From Spirochaetia bacterium (GTDB lineage: Bacteria > Spirochaetota > Spirochaetia > CAKZLE01), in NCBI GenBank assembly GCA_963677595.1, contig OY782041.1, positions 672,001 to 736,000 of the forward strand: a stretch of 64,000 bases of DNA, in the 5' to 3' direction. Below the pieces are notes generated by a model. The model worked only from the letters and a program-made list of their open reading frames with translations, was not told the DNA's origin and made no database searches. The translations under genes were made by a program, and so were the position numbers. The stretch's first letter is position 1. Each line of letters starts with the position of its first letter. Of this stretch, positions 53,511 to 62,194 are shown one piece after another.

Positions 53511-55336
53511 AGCTGGTCCCCGGGACGCTCGAACACGTCGATCATCGAACTGAGCATGATCTCCGTCTCCGCAGCATTCTCCCCGAGCAGGGAGGCGATC
53601 TGCTGGACACTCTGGAGGTTCTTCTGGATGACTGCCTCCGCGCGTCTCATGACGGCATCCCGGTTACGCGTGATGGTCGTGGTATCCTGGAAGAGGGCAC
53701 CAGCCATCCGTCGGTTGTCGATGGAGAAGAGCGTCACCTCGATGATCCGCTGTTCATCCTCGTGCTTCCGGTTCCGTACCTGGGAGATCCCGCTGAAGAC
53801 CTGGGAGAGATCATGCTCAAGGTCGATGAAGCGCTTGAGCATGCTCCCCGACACCTTGCCAAGCTCTACATCGTCGGCTTCATAGGTGACGGAGGAGAAG
53901 AGGTTCAAAAACTGTGCGTTGCAGTCGACGATACGGTACTCCCGATTGACGATCACCACCCCCATGGGGAGGGTCCTCAGCAGCATGTCGACCTTGCTCT
54001 GCGCCTGCTTCCTCATCTTCGTCACGCACATCTCCGGTTCCGCCATATCAGCGAGCCAGGCAGCCGCGAAATCCCTGCAGGAGGAGTACCCACACCCGCC
54101 GCAGTCGAGACGTTCTGCCTCATCAGCCTTCCCAAGCTTCCGCAGGGCCTGTTCTATCTCGAAGGACGCGGGACCTGCCGGCAGCTGGTCTTGTGTGACG
54201 GGCAGATGGTACTGGAACGTGATCGACGGCGGGGTCGCCGGCCGTTCCCGGCTCTCGCCCCCGAGCCCTCCGAGCCGTTCCCTGGTATACCGGCTGCCGA
54301 CCGCCTTCTTGATGATGGAAGCAGCCCCCTGCAGGCAGCCGGGACCGTTCACACATCCCCCGGCACAGCTGAGCATCTCATAGAACCGGGGGATCCGCCC
54401 GATGAGATTCACATCGCTGCAGGCCTTCTTGATCCCCCCCAGGGATTCCAGGACTGCCGCGGTCCCCGCGATGCCGGTTGTACGGTCCTGCAGTCCCACA
54501 TCCCCCTGTTCTAGGGTCGCGATCATGCCGTTCTCAAGCGCGTAGTTCGTCGTCTCACCGGCAAGGTAGGGTACGAATCGTACCGGTTCATCATCCACAG
54601 GAGTCGAGGCTATACCGTACCAGCTGCCCATGGGATCAAGTGAAGTACTCTCCCCTCGGAGTGTCTCGGGCCTGTCAAGGTCCATCCCTCGCTCCTGCAG
54701 CCAAGCCGTGAGTTCCCGGTAAGTCAGCACCGCATCAGGCAGCCCCGGGTTCCGATCAGCCTCGAGTTTCTTGGAGATGCACGGCCCGATGAAGACGATC
54801 CCGACATCCTTACCGTACAGGTCCCGCAGCAGGAGCGAATGGGCCCCCAGGGGGGAGGCAAGCGGGGTCAGGGAGGAGAGCATCGACGGGTAGTACTTCC
54901 TGACAGCCTCCACGACCGTCGGGCAGGCGGTCGAGATGTAAGGGAAGTCCGACTGCTCCCGGAGCAGCCTGTCGACCTCTCCTGAGACGATCTCGGCACC
55001 GAGGGCGGTCTCGGAGACCCCGGCGAACCCGAGGGCGACGAGGGCCTTGAGCAGCTGCTCCTCCTTCCCGATGAACTCGGTCACGAACGAAGGGGCAAGC
55101 GATACGTAGACTGCGTCCTTCTCCCTGAGCAGCCGCTTCACCTTCGGGACATCGTTTCTGATCTTCTTGGCATGGGCCGGGCAGATATCGACACACTTCC
55201 CGCAGAAGATGCAGCGGTCATGTGCGACCCTGGCTGAGCCGTCCTGGACCTGTATCGCCTTGACCGGGCAGACCCGCACGCATTTATAGCAGTCGCGGCA
55301 TTGCGTCATCTCCGTGTATATCGGCTCAAGCTTCAT
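53507..55336 (-). CDS. Sensory [FeFe]-hydrogenase with FeS and PAS domains (group C, HydS/HfsB-like)
   Basis: 2x[4Fe-4S], STACP / GPCISKKLE / EMLSCAGGCVNG, LDCGGCGYSSC FeS domain, PAS (LPMGVVIVN...CN). Confidence 0.88.
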   Translation of the reverse strand: MKLEPIYTEMTQCRDCYKCVRVCPVKAIQVQDGSARVAHDRCIFCGKCVDICPAHAKKIRNDVPKVKRLLREKDAVYVSLAPSFVTEFIGKEEQLLKALVALGFAGVSETALGAEIVSGEVDRLLREQSDFPYISTACPTVVEAVRKYYPSMLSSLTPLASPLGAHSLLLRDLYGKDVGIVFIGPCISKKLEADRNPGLPDAVLTYRELTAWLQERGMDLDRPETLRGESTSLDPMGSWYGIASTPVDDEPVRFVPYLAGETTNYALENGMIATLEQGDVGLQDRTTGIAGTAAVLESLGGIKKACSDVNLIGRIPRFYEMLSCAGGCVNGPGCLQGAASIIKKAVGSRYTRERLGGLGGESRERPATPPSITFQYHLPVTQDQLPAGPASFEIEQALRKLGKADEAERLDCGGCGYSSCRDFAAAWLADMAEPEMCVTKMRKQAQSKVDMLLRTLPMGVVIVNREYRIVDCNAQFLNLFSSVTYEADDVELGKVSGSMLKRFIDLEHDLSQVFSGISQVRNRKHEDEQRIIEVTLFSIDNRRMAGALFQDTTTITRNRDAVMRRAEAVIQKNLQSVQQIASLLGENAAETEIMLSSMIDVFERPGDQL

Positions 55337-55571
55337 CCTGTCCCCCCTCTCCTTCGAGCAACGCGATGATGTCACCGGCTCCCAGCCCCTGATAGAGAAC
55401 CCCGTCGACCCGGACATTCGGGCCTCGTGAGCAGTCCCCCAGACAGAGATGACCGGATAGTTCTATCCGGTCCTCTTTCCGCGACGCACAGTAGGCTTCC
55501 AGCTCCTTGAGCAGTCTCGCGTTCCCCCGCGCGAAGCAGGAGGATCCCATACACAGTTCAATCTTCATCAT
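55326..55571 (-). CDS. Thioredoxin-like [2Fe-2S] ferredoxin (HfsA-like)
   Basis: LCMGSSCFARG...CLGDCSRGPNVRVDG. Confidence 0.87.
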   Translation of the reverse strand: MMKIELCMGSSCFARGNARLLKELEAYCASRKEDRIELSGHLCLGDCSRGPNVRVDGVLYQGLGAGDIIALLEGEGGQDEA

Positions 55572-55591
55572 CGACCTCAGCAGTAAGAAAC

Positions 55592-55677
55592 GCTTCCAGG
55601 ACCATGGGCAGCGGGAGGGGGAGACAAAGGAAGGAAAAACGTAAGAACCCGGTTGCTCATGCCTATGGCCTGGAAGC
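55592..55677. other. Long intergenic stem-loop between adhE and hfsA (candidate structured RNA)
   Basis: GCTTCCAGGACCATGGGCAGCGGG ... CCCGGTTGCTCATGCCTATGGCCTGGAAGC arms around a 32-nt purine-rich loop. Confidence 0.5.
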
Positions 55678-55689
55678 TGTATGTATCAA

Positions 55690-55718
55690 GCTGAAGGACG
55701 GCATCGCCGTCCTTCAGC
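55690..55718. terminator. Perfect 13-bp hairpin just after adhE stop (terminator or mRNA stabiliser)
   Basis: GCTGAAGGACGGC-ATC-GCCGTCCTTCAGC. Confidence 0.7.
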
Positions 55719-55729
55719 CGTTTTGCCTG

Positions 55730-58357
55730 TTACTTCCCTTCCCCATAGAAGGCAGAGAGGTACATCTTCTTGATCTCGGAGATCAGGGGGTATCTCGGGT
55801 TCGCCCCGGTACACTGGTCATCGAAGGCCTGCTCGGAGAGCTCATCGACCTTGGCGAGGAAATCCTCTTCTTTGATCCCCCACTCCCTGATGCTCTTCGG
55901 TATGTTCAGCCGCTGCTTGAGATCCTCGATCAGCTCCATGAGCTTCACGACCTGGTCAGCATCGGTCTTTCCGCCCACCTTGAGGTAATCAGCGACCCTG
56001 GCATACCGGCTGATGGCAGTCGGGTACTCGTACTGCGGGAAGGCAGCCTGCTTGACCGGCACATCCGTGGCATTGAAGGCGATGACCTCATTGATCATCA
56101 GGGCATTGGCTACCCCGTGGGGGATGTGGAATGCCGCCCCGAGTTTGTGGGCCATGGAGTGGCAGACCCCGAGGAAGGCATTGGCGAATGCCATACCGGC
56201 CATGGTCGAGGCATTGTGGACCTTCTCCCGTGCCCGTACATCGACACCCCCGTTCTCGTAGGCTGCAGGCAGGTACTTGAAGAGGATCCTGATCGCCTCC
56301 AGTGCGATCCCGTTGGTATAGTCGGTAGCCATGATGGAGACGAAGGCCTCGAGGGCATGGGTCAGGGCATCGATACCTGACGCAGCAGTCAGCCCTGCAG
56401 GCATCGAGGTCACCAGCTCGGCATCCACGATCGCCATATGGGGGGTGAGCGCATAGTCCGCGATCGGGTACTTCATCCCCGTCCTGTCATCGGTCACGAC
56501 CGAGAAGGGGGTCACTTCCGAACCTGTTCCCGAGGTGGTTGGGATCGCTACCATGGTAGCCTTCTTCCCCATGCTCGGGAAGGAGTAGATCCTCTTCTCG
56601 ATATCCATGAAACGAAGTGCCAGCCCCTCGAAGGAGACGTCGGGATTCTCGTAGAGTAGCCACATGATCTTCGCGGCGTCCATGGGGGATCCCCCGCCGA
56701 GGCCGATGATCACATCGGGCTGGAACGCCTTCAGGATGGCTACCCCCTCATTGATGGTACTCAAGGTCGGGTCGGGCTTCACCTGGTGGAAGCACTCGGT
56801 ATCGATCCCCAGTTCATCGAGCACCCTGGTGATCTTGTCGACATACCCGTTGTTGAAGAGATAGGAGTCGGTGACGATGAAGCATCGCTTCTTCCCCTTG
56901 AGCTCCTGCAGGGCGATCGGGAGGCACCCGTACTTGAAGTAGACTTTCGGCGGTATCTTGAACCAGAGCATATTCTCCCTCCTCTCAGCAACGGTCTTGA
57001 TGTTCATCAGGTGCTTGACCCCGACGTTCTCACTCACGGAGTTGTTTCCCCAGCTTCCGCAGCCGAGGGTCAGTGAGGGCTCGAGCCTGAAGTTATAGAT
57101 ATCGCCGATCGCACCCTGTGAGGCCGGCATGTTGATCAGGACACGGCCGGTCTTCACGACGTCGCCGTACCGCTTGATGCGGTCCTGGTTCTGGAGGTCA
57201 GTATAGAGGACCGAGGTATGGCCGAATCCACCGAGTTCTACCAGTCTCCGTGCCATGTCGACTCCTTCGTCGAAATCCTTGCATGCATAGAGGGCAAGAC
57301 AGGGGCTGAGCTTCTCATGGGCGAAGGGCTCGGCATGTGATATATCCTTCACCTCGCCGATGAGGATCTTGGCTGTCTCCGGGACCTCGATGCCTGCGAG
57401 CTTGGCGATCGCGGAAGCCTTCTGCCCGACGATCGCGGCATTGATCGTCCCCCGCTTCTTGTCGAGGATCACGTCCCTGACCTTGTCGAGTTCCTTCCCG
57501 CCCAGGATGTATGCTCCCCGGTCGGCGAACTCCTTCCTCACTGCGGCATAGAGGTTCTTATGGACGATGACAGACTGTTCTGAGGCACAGACGACCCCGT
57601 TGTCGAAGGTCTTGCTCAGGATGACCGAATTGACCGCCATCTTGATATCTGCCGTCTCATCGATCACGGCCGGGGTGTTACCCGCCCCTACCCCGATAGC
57701 AGGTTTCCCTGATGAGTAGGCCGCCTTGACCATCCCGGGACCGCCTGTTGCCAGGATCAGGTTGATCGCATCATGCTTCATCAGCTGTGCTGAGAGTTCG
57801 AGGGAGGGTTCCCGGATCCAACCGACGAGACCTGCCGGTGCACCGGCAGCCTCTGCAGCCTTCTTGATGATGCGTGCGGCCTCTACGGTCGACTCCTTGG
57901 CCCGCGGGTGGGGTGAGAAGATGATCGCGTTCCGCGTCTTCAGGGCGATCAGCGCCTTGAAGATCACCGTCGATGTCGGGTTCGTCGTCGGCACGATACC
58001 GCAGATCACGCCGATGGGCTCCGCGATCTTCTTGATCCCGAAGGACTGGTCGTCCTCGATCAGCCCGCAGGTCTTGGTATCCTTGTACTTGTTGAAGATG
58101 AACTCGGATGCAAAGTGGTTCTTGATCACCTTGTCCTCGACGATCCCCATCCCCGTCTCCGCTACTGCCATCTTGGCAAGCTCGATCCTTGCCTCATTGG
58201 CTGCGATCGCCGCATTCCGGAAGATCGTGTCGACCTGCTCCTGCGTATACTTCGCATAGACTGCCTGTGCCTGCCTGACCTGTGTGATCAGCAGTTCCAA
58301 CTCCTCTGCCGTCTTGGCACCGGTGAACTGGACATCATTCGTGGTCTTGGTACTCAT
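55730..58357 (-). CDS. adhE: Bifunctional acetaldehyde-CoA/alcohol dehydrogenase
   Basis: PTTNPTST, ATGGPGMV, DNGVVCASEQ, EKLSP, LTLGCGSWG linker, GGGSPMD, HSMAHK. Confidence 0.97.
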   Translation of the reverse strand: MSTKTTNDVQFTGAKTAEELELLITQVRQAQAVYAKYTQEQVDTIFRNAAIAANEARIELAKMAVAETGMGIVEDKVIKNHFASEFIFNKYKDTKTCGLIEDDQSFGIKKIAEPIGVICGIVPTTNPTSTVIFKALIALKTRNAIIFSPHPRAKESTVEAARIIKKAAEAAGAPAGLVGWIREPSLELSAQLMKHDAINLILATGGPGMVKAAYSSGKPAIGVGAGNTPAVIDETADIKMAVNSVILSKTFDNGVVCASEQSVIVHKNLYAAVRKEFADRGAYILGGKELDKVRDVILDKKRGTINAAIVGQKASAIAKLAGIEVPETAKILIGEVKDISHAEPFAHEKLSPCLALYACKDFDEGVDMARRLVELGGFGHTSVLYTDLQNQDRIKRYGDVVKTGRVLINMPASQGAIGDIYNFRLEPSLTLGCGSWGNNSVSENVGVKHLMNIKTVAERRENMLWFKIPPKVYFKYGCLPIALQELKGKKRCFIVTDSYLFNNGYVDKITRVLDELGIDTECFHQVKPDPTLSTINEGVAILKAFQPDVIIGLGGGSPMDAAKIMWLLYENPDVSFEGLALRFMDIEKRIYSFPSMGKKATMVAIPTTSGTGSEVTPFSVVTDDRTGMKYPIADYALTPHMAIVDAELVTSMPAGLTAASGIDALTHALEAFVSIMATDYTNGIALEAIRILFKYLPAAYENGGVDVRAREKVHNASTMAGMAFANAFLGVCHSMAHKLGAAFHIPHGVANALMINEVIAFNATDVPVKQAAFPQYEYPTAISRYARVADYLKVGGKTDADQVVKLMELIEDLKQRLNIPKSIREWGIKEEDFLAKVDELSEQAFDDQCTGANPRYPLISEIKKMYLSAFYGEGK

Positions 58358-58373
58358 ACGTAAACCCTCCATT

Positions 58374-58455
58374 ACGATAAATTTTTATCTATTTAGTTTA
58401 CGCCACCACTATACACAGATTAATCGATACATGTCAATCGATATAAATATATCTT
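58374..58455 (-). promoter_or_regulatory. adhE promoter (TTGACA-N18-TATAGT) flanked by two putative Rex operators
   Basis: -35 at 58432-58437, -10 at 58408-58413; ACGATAA-ATTT-TTATCTA (58374-58391) and TCGATAT-AAAT-ATATCTT (58438-58455). Confidence 0.6.
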
Positions 58456-58493
58456 TTAGAGTTTTTTGGGGTTTTTCTGATTATTTCGCTTAG

Positions 58494-59168
58494 TTACCGG
58501 ACTTTCTTCCGTACAGTCCGCTTCTTCTGCTCGATGGAGGTACGCAGCTTCGAGGAGAGCTCGGCGAAGCTGGTCGCCAGGTCCGTCCTCTGGACGATGA
58601 TCTCCTCAGGCAGCCTGAGGTTCTTCGGGGCGAAGTTCCAGATGCCCTTGATGCCACCCGCTACCAGCCGTTCAGCGATCTCCTGCGCGTAGATCGCCGG
58701 GACAGTGAGGACTGCGATGTTGATGCCCATGGACTCGATGACACCTTCGAGCTCATCCATCGCCTGTATCTCGATGTCATAGCTCTTCGTCCCGACCTTC
58801 TTGGGGTCCTCATCGAAGATGGCCACGATCCTGAGCCCATAGTTCTCGAACCCTTTATAGCCGACGAGGGCGTTCCCAAGGTGTCCGGCACCGACAAGGA
58901 TGGCATCAGAGGTATTGTCCCAGCCGAGATGGTGCTCGATCGCATGGATGAGTTCGGTCAGCTCGAAACCTACCTTTGGTTTTCCCTCGACACCGGTACA
59001 GGCCATATCCTTGCGGACCTGTATCGGCTTGAGCCTGAGGTCGACCGCAAGCTTGGTCGCCGAGACCCAGGTGTCACCATTCGCCTGATAATCCTTGAGC
59101 ATGCGCAGATAGGCAGGGAATCTTCGTATCGTCGGCAATGGTATGGAGAAAATGGTTTCTTTACTCAT
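58494..59168 (-). CDS. rex: Redox-sensing transcriptional repressor Rex
   Basis: IPLPTIRRFPAYLR, QVRKDM, GKPKVGF, VGAGHLG, GIWNFAP. Confidence 0.95.
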   Translation of the reverse strand: MSKETIFSIPLPTIRRFPAYLRMLKDYQANGDTWVSATKLAVDLRLKPIQVRKDMACTGVEGKPKVGFELTELIHAIEHHLGWDNTSDAILVGAGHLGNALVGYKGFENYGLRIVAIFDEDPKKVGTKSYDIEIQAMDELEGVIESMGINIAVLTVPAIYAQEIAERLVAGGIKGIWNFAPKNLRLPEEIIVQRTDLATSFAELSSKLRTSIEQKKRTVRKKVR

Positions 59169-59271
59169 AAGCACCTAATCATCATCAAAGTGGACCGGAG
59201 TCAGGAACTCCTGGCTCCGCTAAGGTAAACTATAATACATGAACCAAGTAAAATCAATCGGCGCTTGGTAC

Positions 59272-60132
59272 TCAGGCCATATTCCTGAGTTGCCCTTCGA
59301 CCGCCTCGATCAGCCAATCCGGGGTCGAAGCCCCTGCGGTGACCCCTATCTCACGGAAGACGCACATATCGGCGGTGACCTCCTCCGGCGAGTTAATATG
59401 CCAGACGTTCGCGGTACACGCAGCGGCCAGTTCATAGAGCCGCCTGGTGTTCGAACTGCCCTTCCCACCGATGACGATGACCGCTTCCACCCTGCTGCAG
59501 AGTTCTGTAAGTGCCTGCTGCCTGTTGCTCGTCGATGGGCAGATGCTCCTCACGACCGTCAGGGGGAAGCCTGCCGCATCCGAGAGGAGCTGCAGCTTTG
59601 CTGCGATCCCGTCAAACCGGGAGCTCGAGAAGGTCGTCTGGGACAGGAGGGTCACCGGTCGGTCGATAGTGAGGGAGGATACCTCCTCGAGTCCATGGAT
59701 GATCCGGACCCGGGAAGGATCCGCCGCAGCCCCTGCCACAGCCGTGACCTCGCCGTGCCCCGGGTCACCTACCAGCACCACGACATCGCCGGCATCAGTA
59801 CGCTCCCTGACGATCCTCTGGGACCTGAGGACTCTCGGACAGGTCCCGTCCACCAGCCGATAGCCCGCCTCCTCGAAGGAGGTGCGCAGTCCCCCGGGAA
59901 TGCCGTGCGCACGGATCACCGCGATGCCGGGTTCGGCATCTTCCGGGTTCGTGACGATCCCCACGCCCTGGGAAGCCAATCGTGCAAGGTACTGTTCGTT
60001 GTGGATCAGCGGGCCGATCGTATAGACCGGCAGCCCCTCAGCCTTCCCGAGGCGTATCGCCTCCTCGACCTTCAGGATCGCGCTCTGGACTCCGGAACAG
60101 ATCCCCATGACCCGTGACCGTACAATATGCAT
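59272..60132 (-). CDS. ispH: 4-hydroxy-3-methylbut-2-enyl diphosphate reductase
   Basis: GICSGV, LIHN, RAHG, DGTCPRV, HGEV, QTT, ICPSTSNRQ, SSNT, TAGASTP. Confidence 0.95.
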   Translation of the reverse strand: MHIVRSRVMGICSGVQSAILKVEEAIRLGKAEGLPVYTIGPLIHNEQYLARLASQGVGIVTNPEDAEPGIAVIRAHGIPGGLRTSFEEAGYRLVDGTCPRVLRSQRIVRERTDAGDVVVLVGDPGHGEVTAVAGAAADPSRVRIIHGLEEVSSLTIDRPVTLLSQTTFSSSRFDGIAAKLQLLSDAAGFPLTVVRSICPSTSNRQQALTELCSRVEAVIVIGGKGSSNTRRLYELAAACTANVWHINSPEEVTADMCVFREIGVTAGASTPDWLIEAVEGQLRNMA

Positions 60133-60140
60133 ACTGCCTC

Positions 60141-60773
60141 CTACCGCTTCAGGCTGAGCGCCGCACCCTGCCCCACCGGCAGGATGGTCGAGTAGTACCG
60201 GGCATCGGCGAACAGCCTGCTGTTGTACTGCTGCACATGCACACCGAGTCCCTTGCGGATCTTCGGGTCGAACTGCAGGAGCGTGTCATCGGTGACGAGC
60301 AGTCCCCCCGGTGCGAGGAGCGTATAGATATCCTCGTACACGATATCATAGACATACTTCCCGCAGTCCTGGAAGATGAGGTCATACTGCTCCCCGGCCC
60401 TGACGGCCTCGGGGATGAGCTCCTCGACATCACCGAACCGGAACTCGAGCACCTCATCGATCCCGGCCTTCCCGAAGTTGCCGGCAGCCTCACGGCTCGT
60501 CCGCTCATGGTTGTCCATGGCGACAAGCACCCCGCCGGTCTCCTTCACGGCCTCTGCCAGCCAGATGGTCGAGTAGCCGATGCCGGTCCCCAGCTCCAGG
60601 ACCCGTCTTGCCTTCCCCAGCCTGATGAGCAGCCCGAGCAGCTTCGCGAGCTCCGGCTCAATGAACGGCTGTATATCATCCCGGTGCGGGGCCTCCGCAT
60701 CAAGGAGCGGGAGCAGGTCATTATCATAGGAGACGAGCCCCCGTATATAGTCTATCATCCGTTCATCCTGCAT
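60141..60773 (-). CDS. SAM-dependent O-methyltransferase (Methyltransf_3 family)
   Basis: VLELGTGIGYS, YDLIFQD, PGGLLVTDD. Confidence 0.88.
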   Translation of the reverse strand: MQDERMIDYIRGLVSYDNDLLPLLDAEAPHRDDIQPFIEPELAKLLGLLIRLGKARRVLELGTGIGYSTIWLAEAVKETGGVLVAMDNHERTSREAAGNFGKAGIDEVLEFRFGDVEELIPEAVRAGEQYDLIFQDCGKYVYDIVYEDIYTLLAPGGLLVTDDTLLQFDPKIRKGLGVHVQQYNSRLFADARYYSTILPVGQGAALSLKR

Positions 60774-60813
60774 ACGGATTCCCTCCAGTGGCTGTGACTG
60801 CCCCTATCATAGA

Positions 60814-60844
60814 AGAAGCCGCCCTGCAATGCAAGGCGGCTTCT
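60814..60844 (-). terminator. Probable terminator after secF
   Basis: AGAAGCCGCC...GGCGGCTTCT inverted repeat. Confidence 0.7.
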
Positions 60845-60865
60845 GGGATTACTGGTTAACAACGA

Positions 60866-62194
60866 CTATTTCTTAGTCTGGCGTTTTCCCTTCTTCTTCC
60901 GTTCGATCGACGGGATCTCAACATCCTCGTTCACTACGGTAAGCTTTGCAGGCTCTGCGGAAACAGGCTCATCAGCTTCGGCAGTCTTGCCGAGATGCTC
61001 GTCCGACTTATGCTTGATCCTCTTCATGAGGGTAAGCAGTACCGGGGAAGCGATGAAGATCGATGAATACGTACCGACCACGATACCGACGATGAGGTTG
61101 AGTGCGAACAGCTTGATAGAGCCGGTCGCGAAGATGAACAGCGGTATGACAGCCAGGAGCGTGGTAAGTGAGGTGATCAATGTCCTGCTCAGTGACTGTG
61201 TGATACTGGTATTGATGATCCCGGAGAGGGCTGAGCCCTTCATCCCCTTGGTGTTCTCCCTGATCCGGTCGAACACGACGATGGTATCATTGAGGGAGTA
61301 ACCGATGATGGTCAGGACCGCCGCGATCGTGGTGGTCGACACCTCGAGCCTGAAGACGGCGATGAAGCCGAGCATGATCAGGACGTCGTGAGCCAGGGCC
61401 GTCAGGGCCGAGATGGCATACGCGAGCTTGAACCGTACCCAGATGTAGATCGCGATCAGGATGAGCGCGACGATGACCAGGATGATCGAGCTTGTGGTAA
61501 GGGCTGCCGAGAACTTGGGCCCGACATAGTCAGAACCCTTGATGACGACACTGTGGTCCCCGAACTGGCTCTTGAGCAGCGCGAAGATATCGGCTTCGAG
61601 CTCATCCTTAGCCCCTTCGGATTCAGTCTCTGCCCTGATCTGGAACTCCTGGTTGTAGTCGTCACCGACGACCTGTACCTGGGCCACGTTCATCGAGGAG
61701 AGAGCCTCCCTCATCTCATCGATGGTGATGAACGAGGAGGAATCAGCATTCGCGATATTCACATATACCGGTGCTGCCGAGATCTCATAGGGAAGGCTCA
61801 GGCCAGTGACGATCGAGTCAGTCGATGCTGAGGCAGGGCCGATCAGGGCCGCCTCGACACCGTAGGTCCCCTGCAGGGCACCCACGAGATCCCCGATGGT
61901 CGGGTAGGCAGCAGCAGTGAAGCTGGTAGCAGCGACCCCATTCTCATCCCTGAGCGTGAGGACCACGGTACTGCCGTTGACATCGAAGGTGATCTCCCCG
62001 GAAGTCTCCGGGACGGTCAGGGAGAATCCCTCATCGGCTATCTGGACCCGCTGGCTCAAGCCCGCCTGGAAGTCGATACTGAGGTTGAAACCGCCGAGCA
62101 CGATCATGCCGACGATACCGCCGATGATCAGCAGGATTGACAGGCCGAACATATAGTTCCGCATGTTTGTGAAGTTGATGGTCTTAGTACTCAT
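60866..62194 (-). CDS. secF: Protein translocase subunit SecF
   Basis: SIDFQAG, VGP, AHDV, IGYSLNDTIVVFDRIRE, GTYSSIFIA. Confidence 0.95.
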   Translation of the reverse strand: MSTKTINFTNMRNYMFGLSILLIIGGIVGMIVLGGFNLSIDFQAGLSQRVQIADEGFSLTVPETSGEITFDVNGSTVVLTLRDENGVAATSFTAAAYPTIGDLVGALQGTYGVEAALIGPASASTDSIVTGLSLPYEISAAPVYVNIANADSSSFITIDEMREALSSMNVAQVQVVGDDYNQEFQIRAETESEGAKDELEADIFALLKSQFGDHSVVIKGSDYVGPKFSAALTTSSIILVIVALILIAIYIWVRFKLAYAISALTALAHDVLIMLGFIAVFRLEVSTTTIAAVLTIIGYSLNDTIVVFDRIRENTKGMKGSALSGIINTSITQSLSRTLITSLTTLLAVIPLFIFATGSIKLFALNLIVGIVVGTYSSIFIASPVLLTLMKRIKHKSDEHLGKTAEADEPVSAEPAKLTVVNEDVEIPSIERKKKGKRQTKK

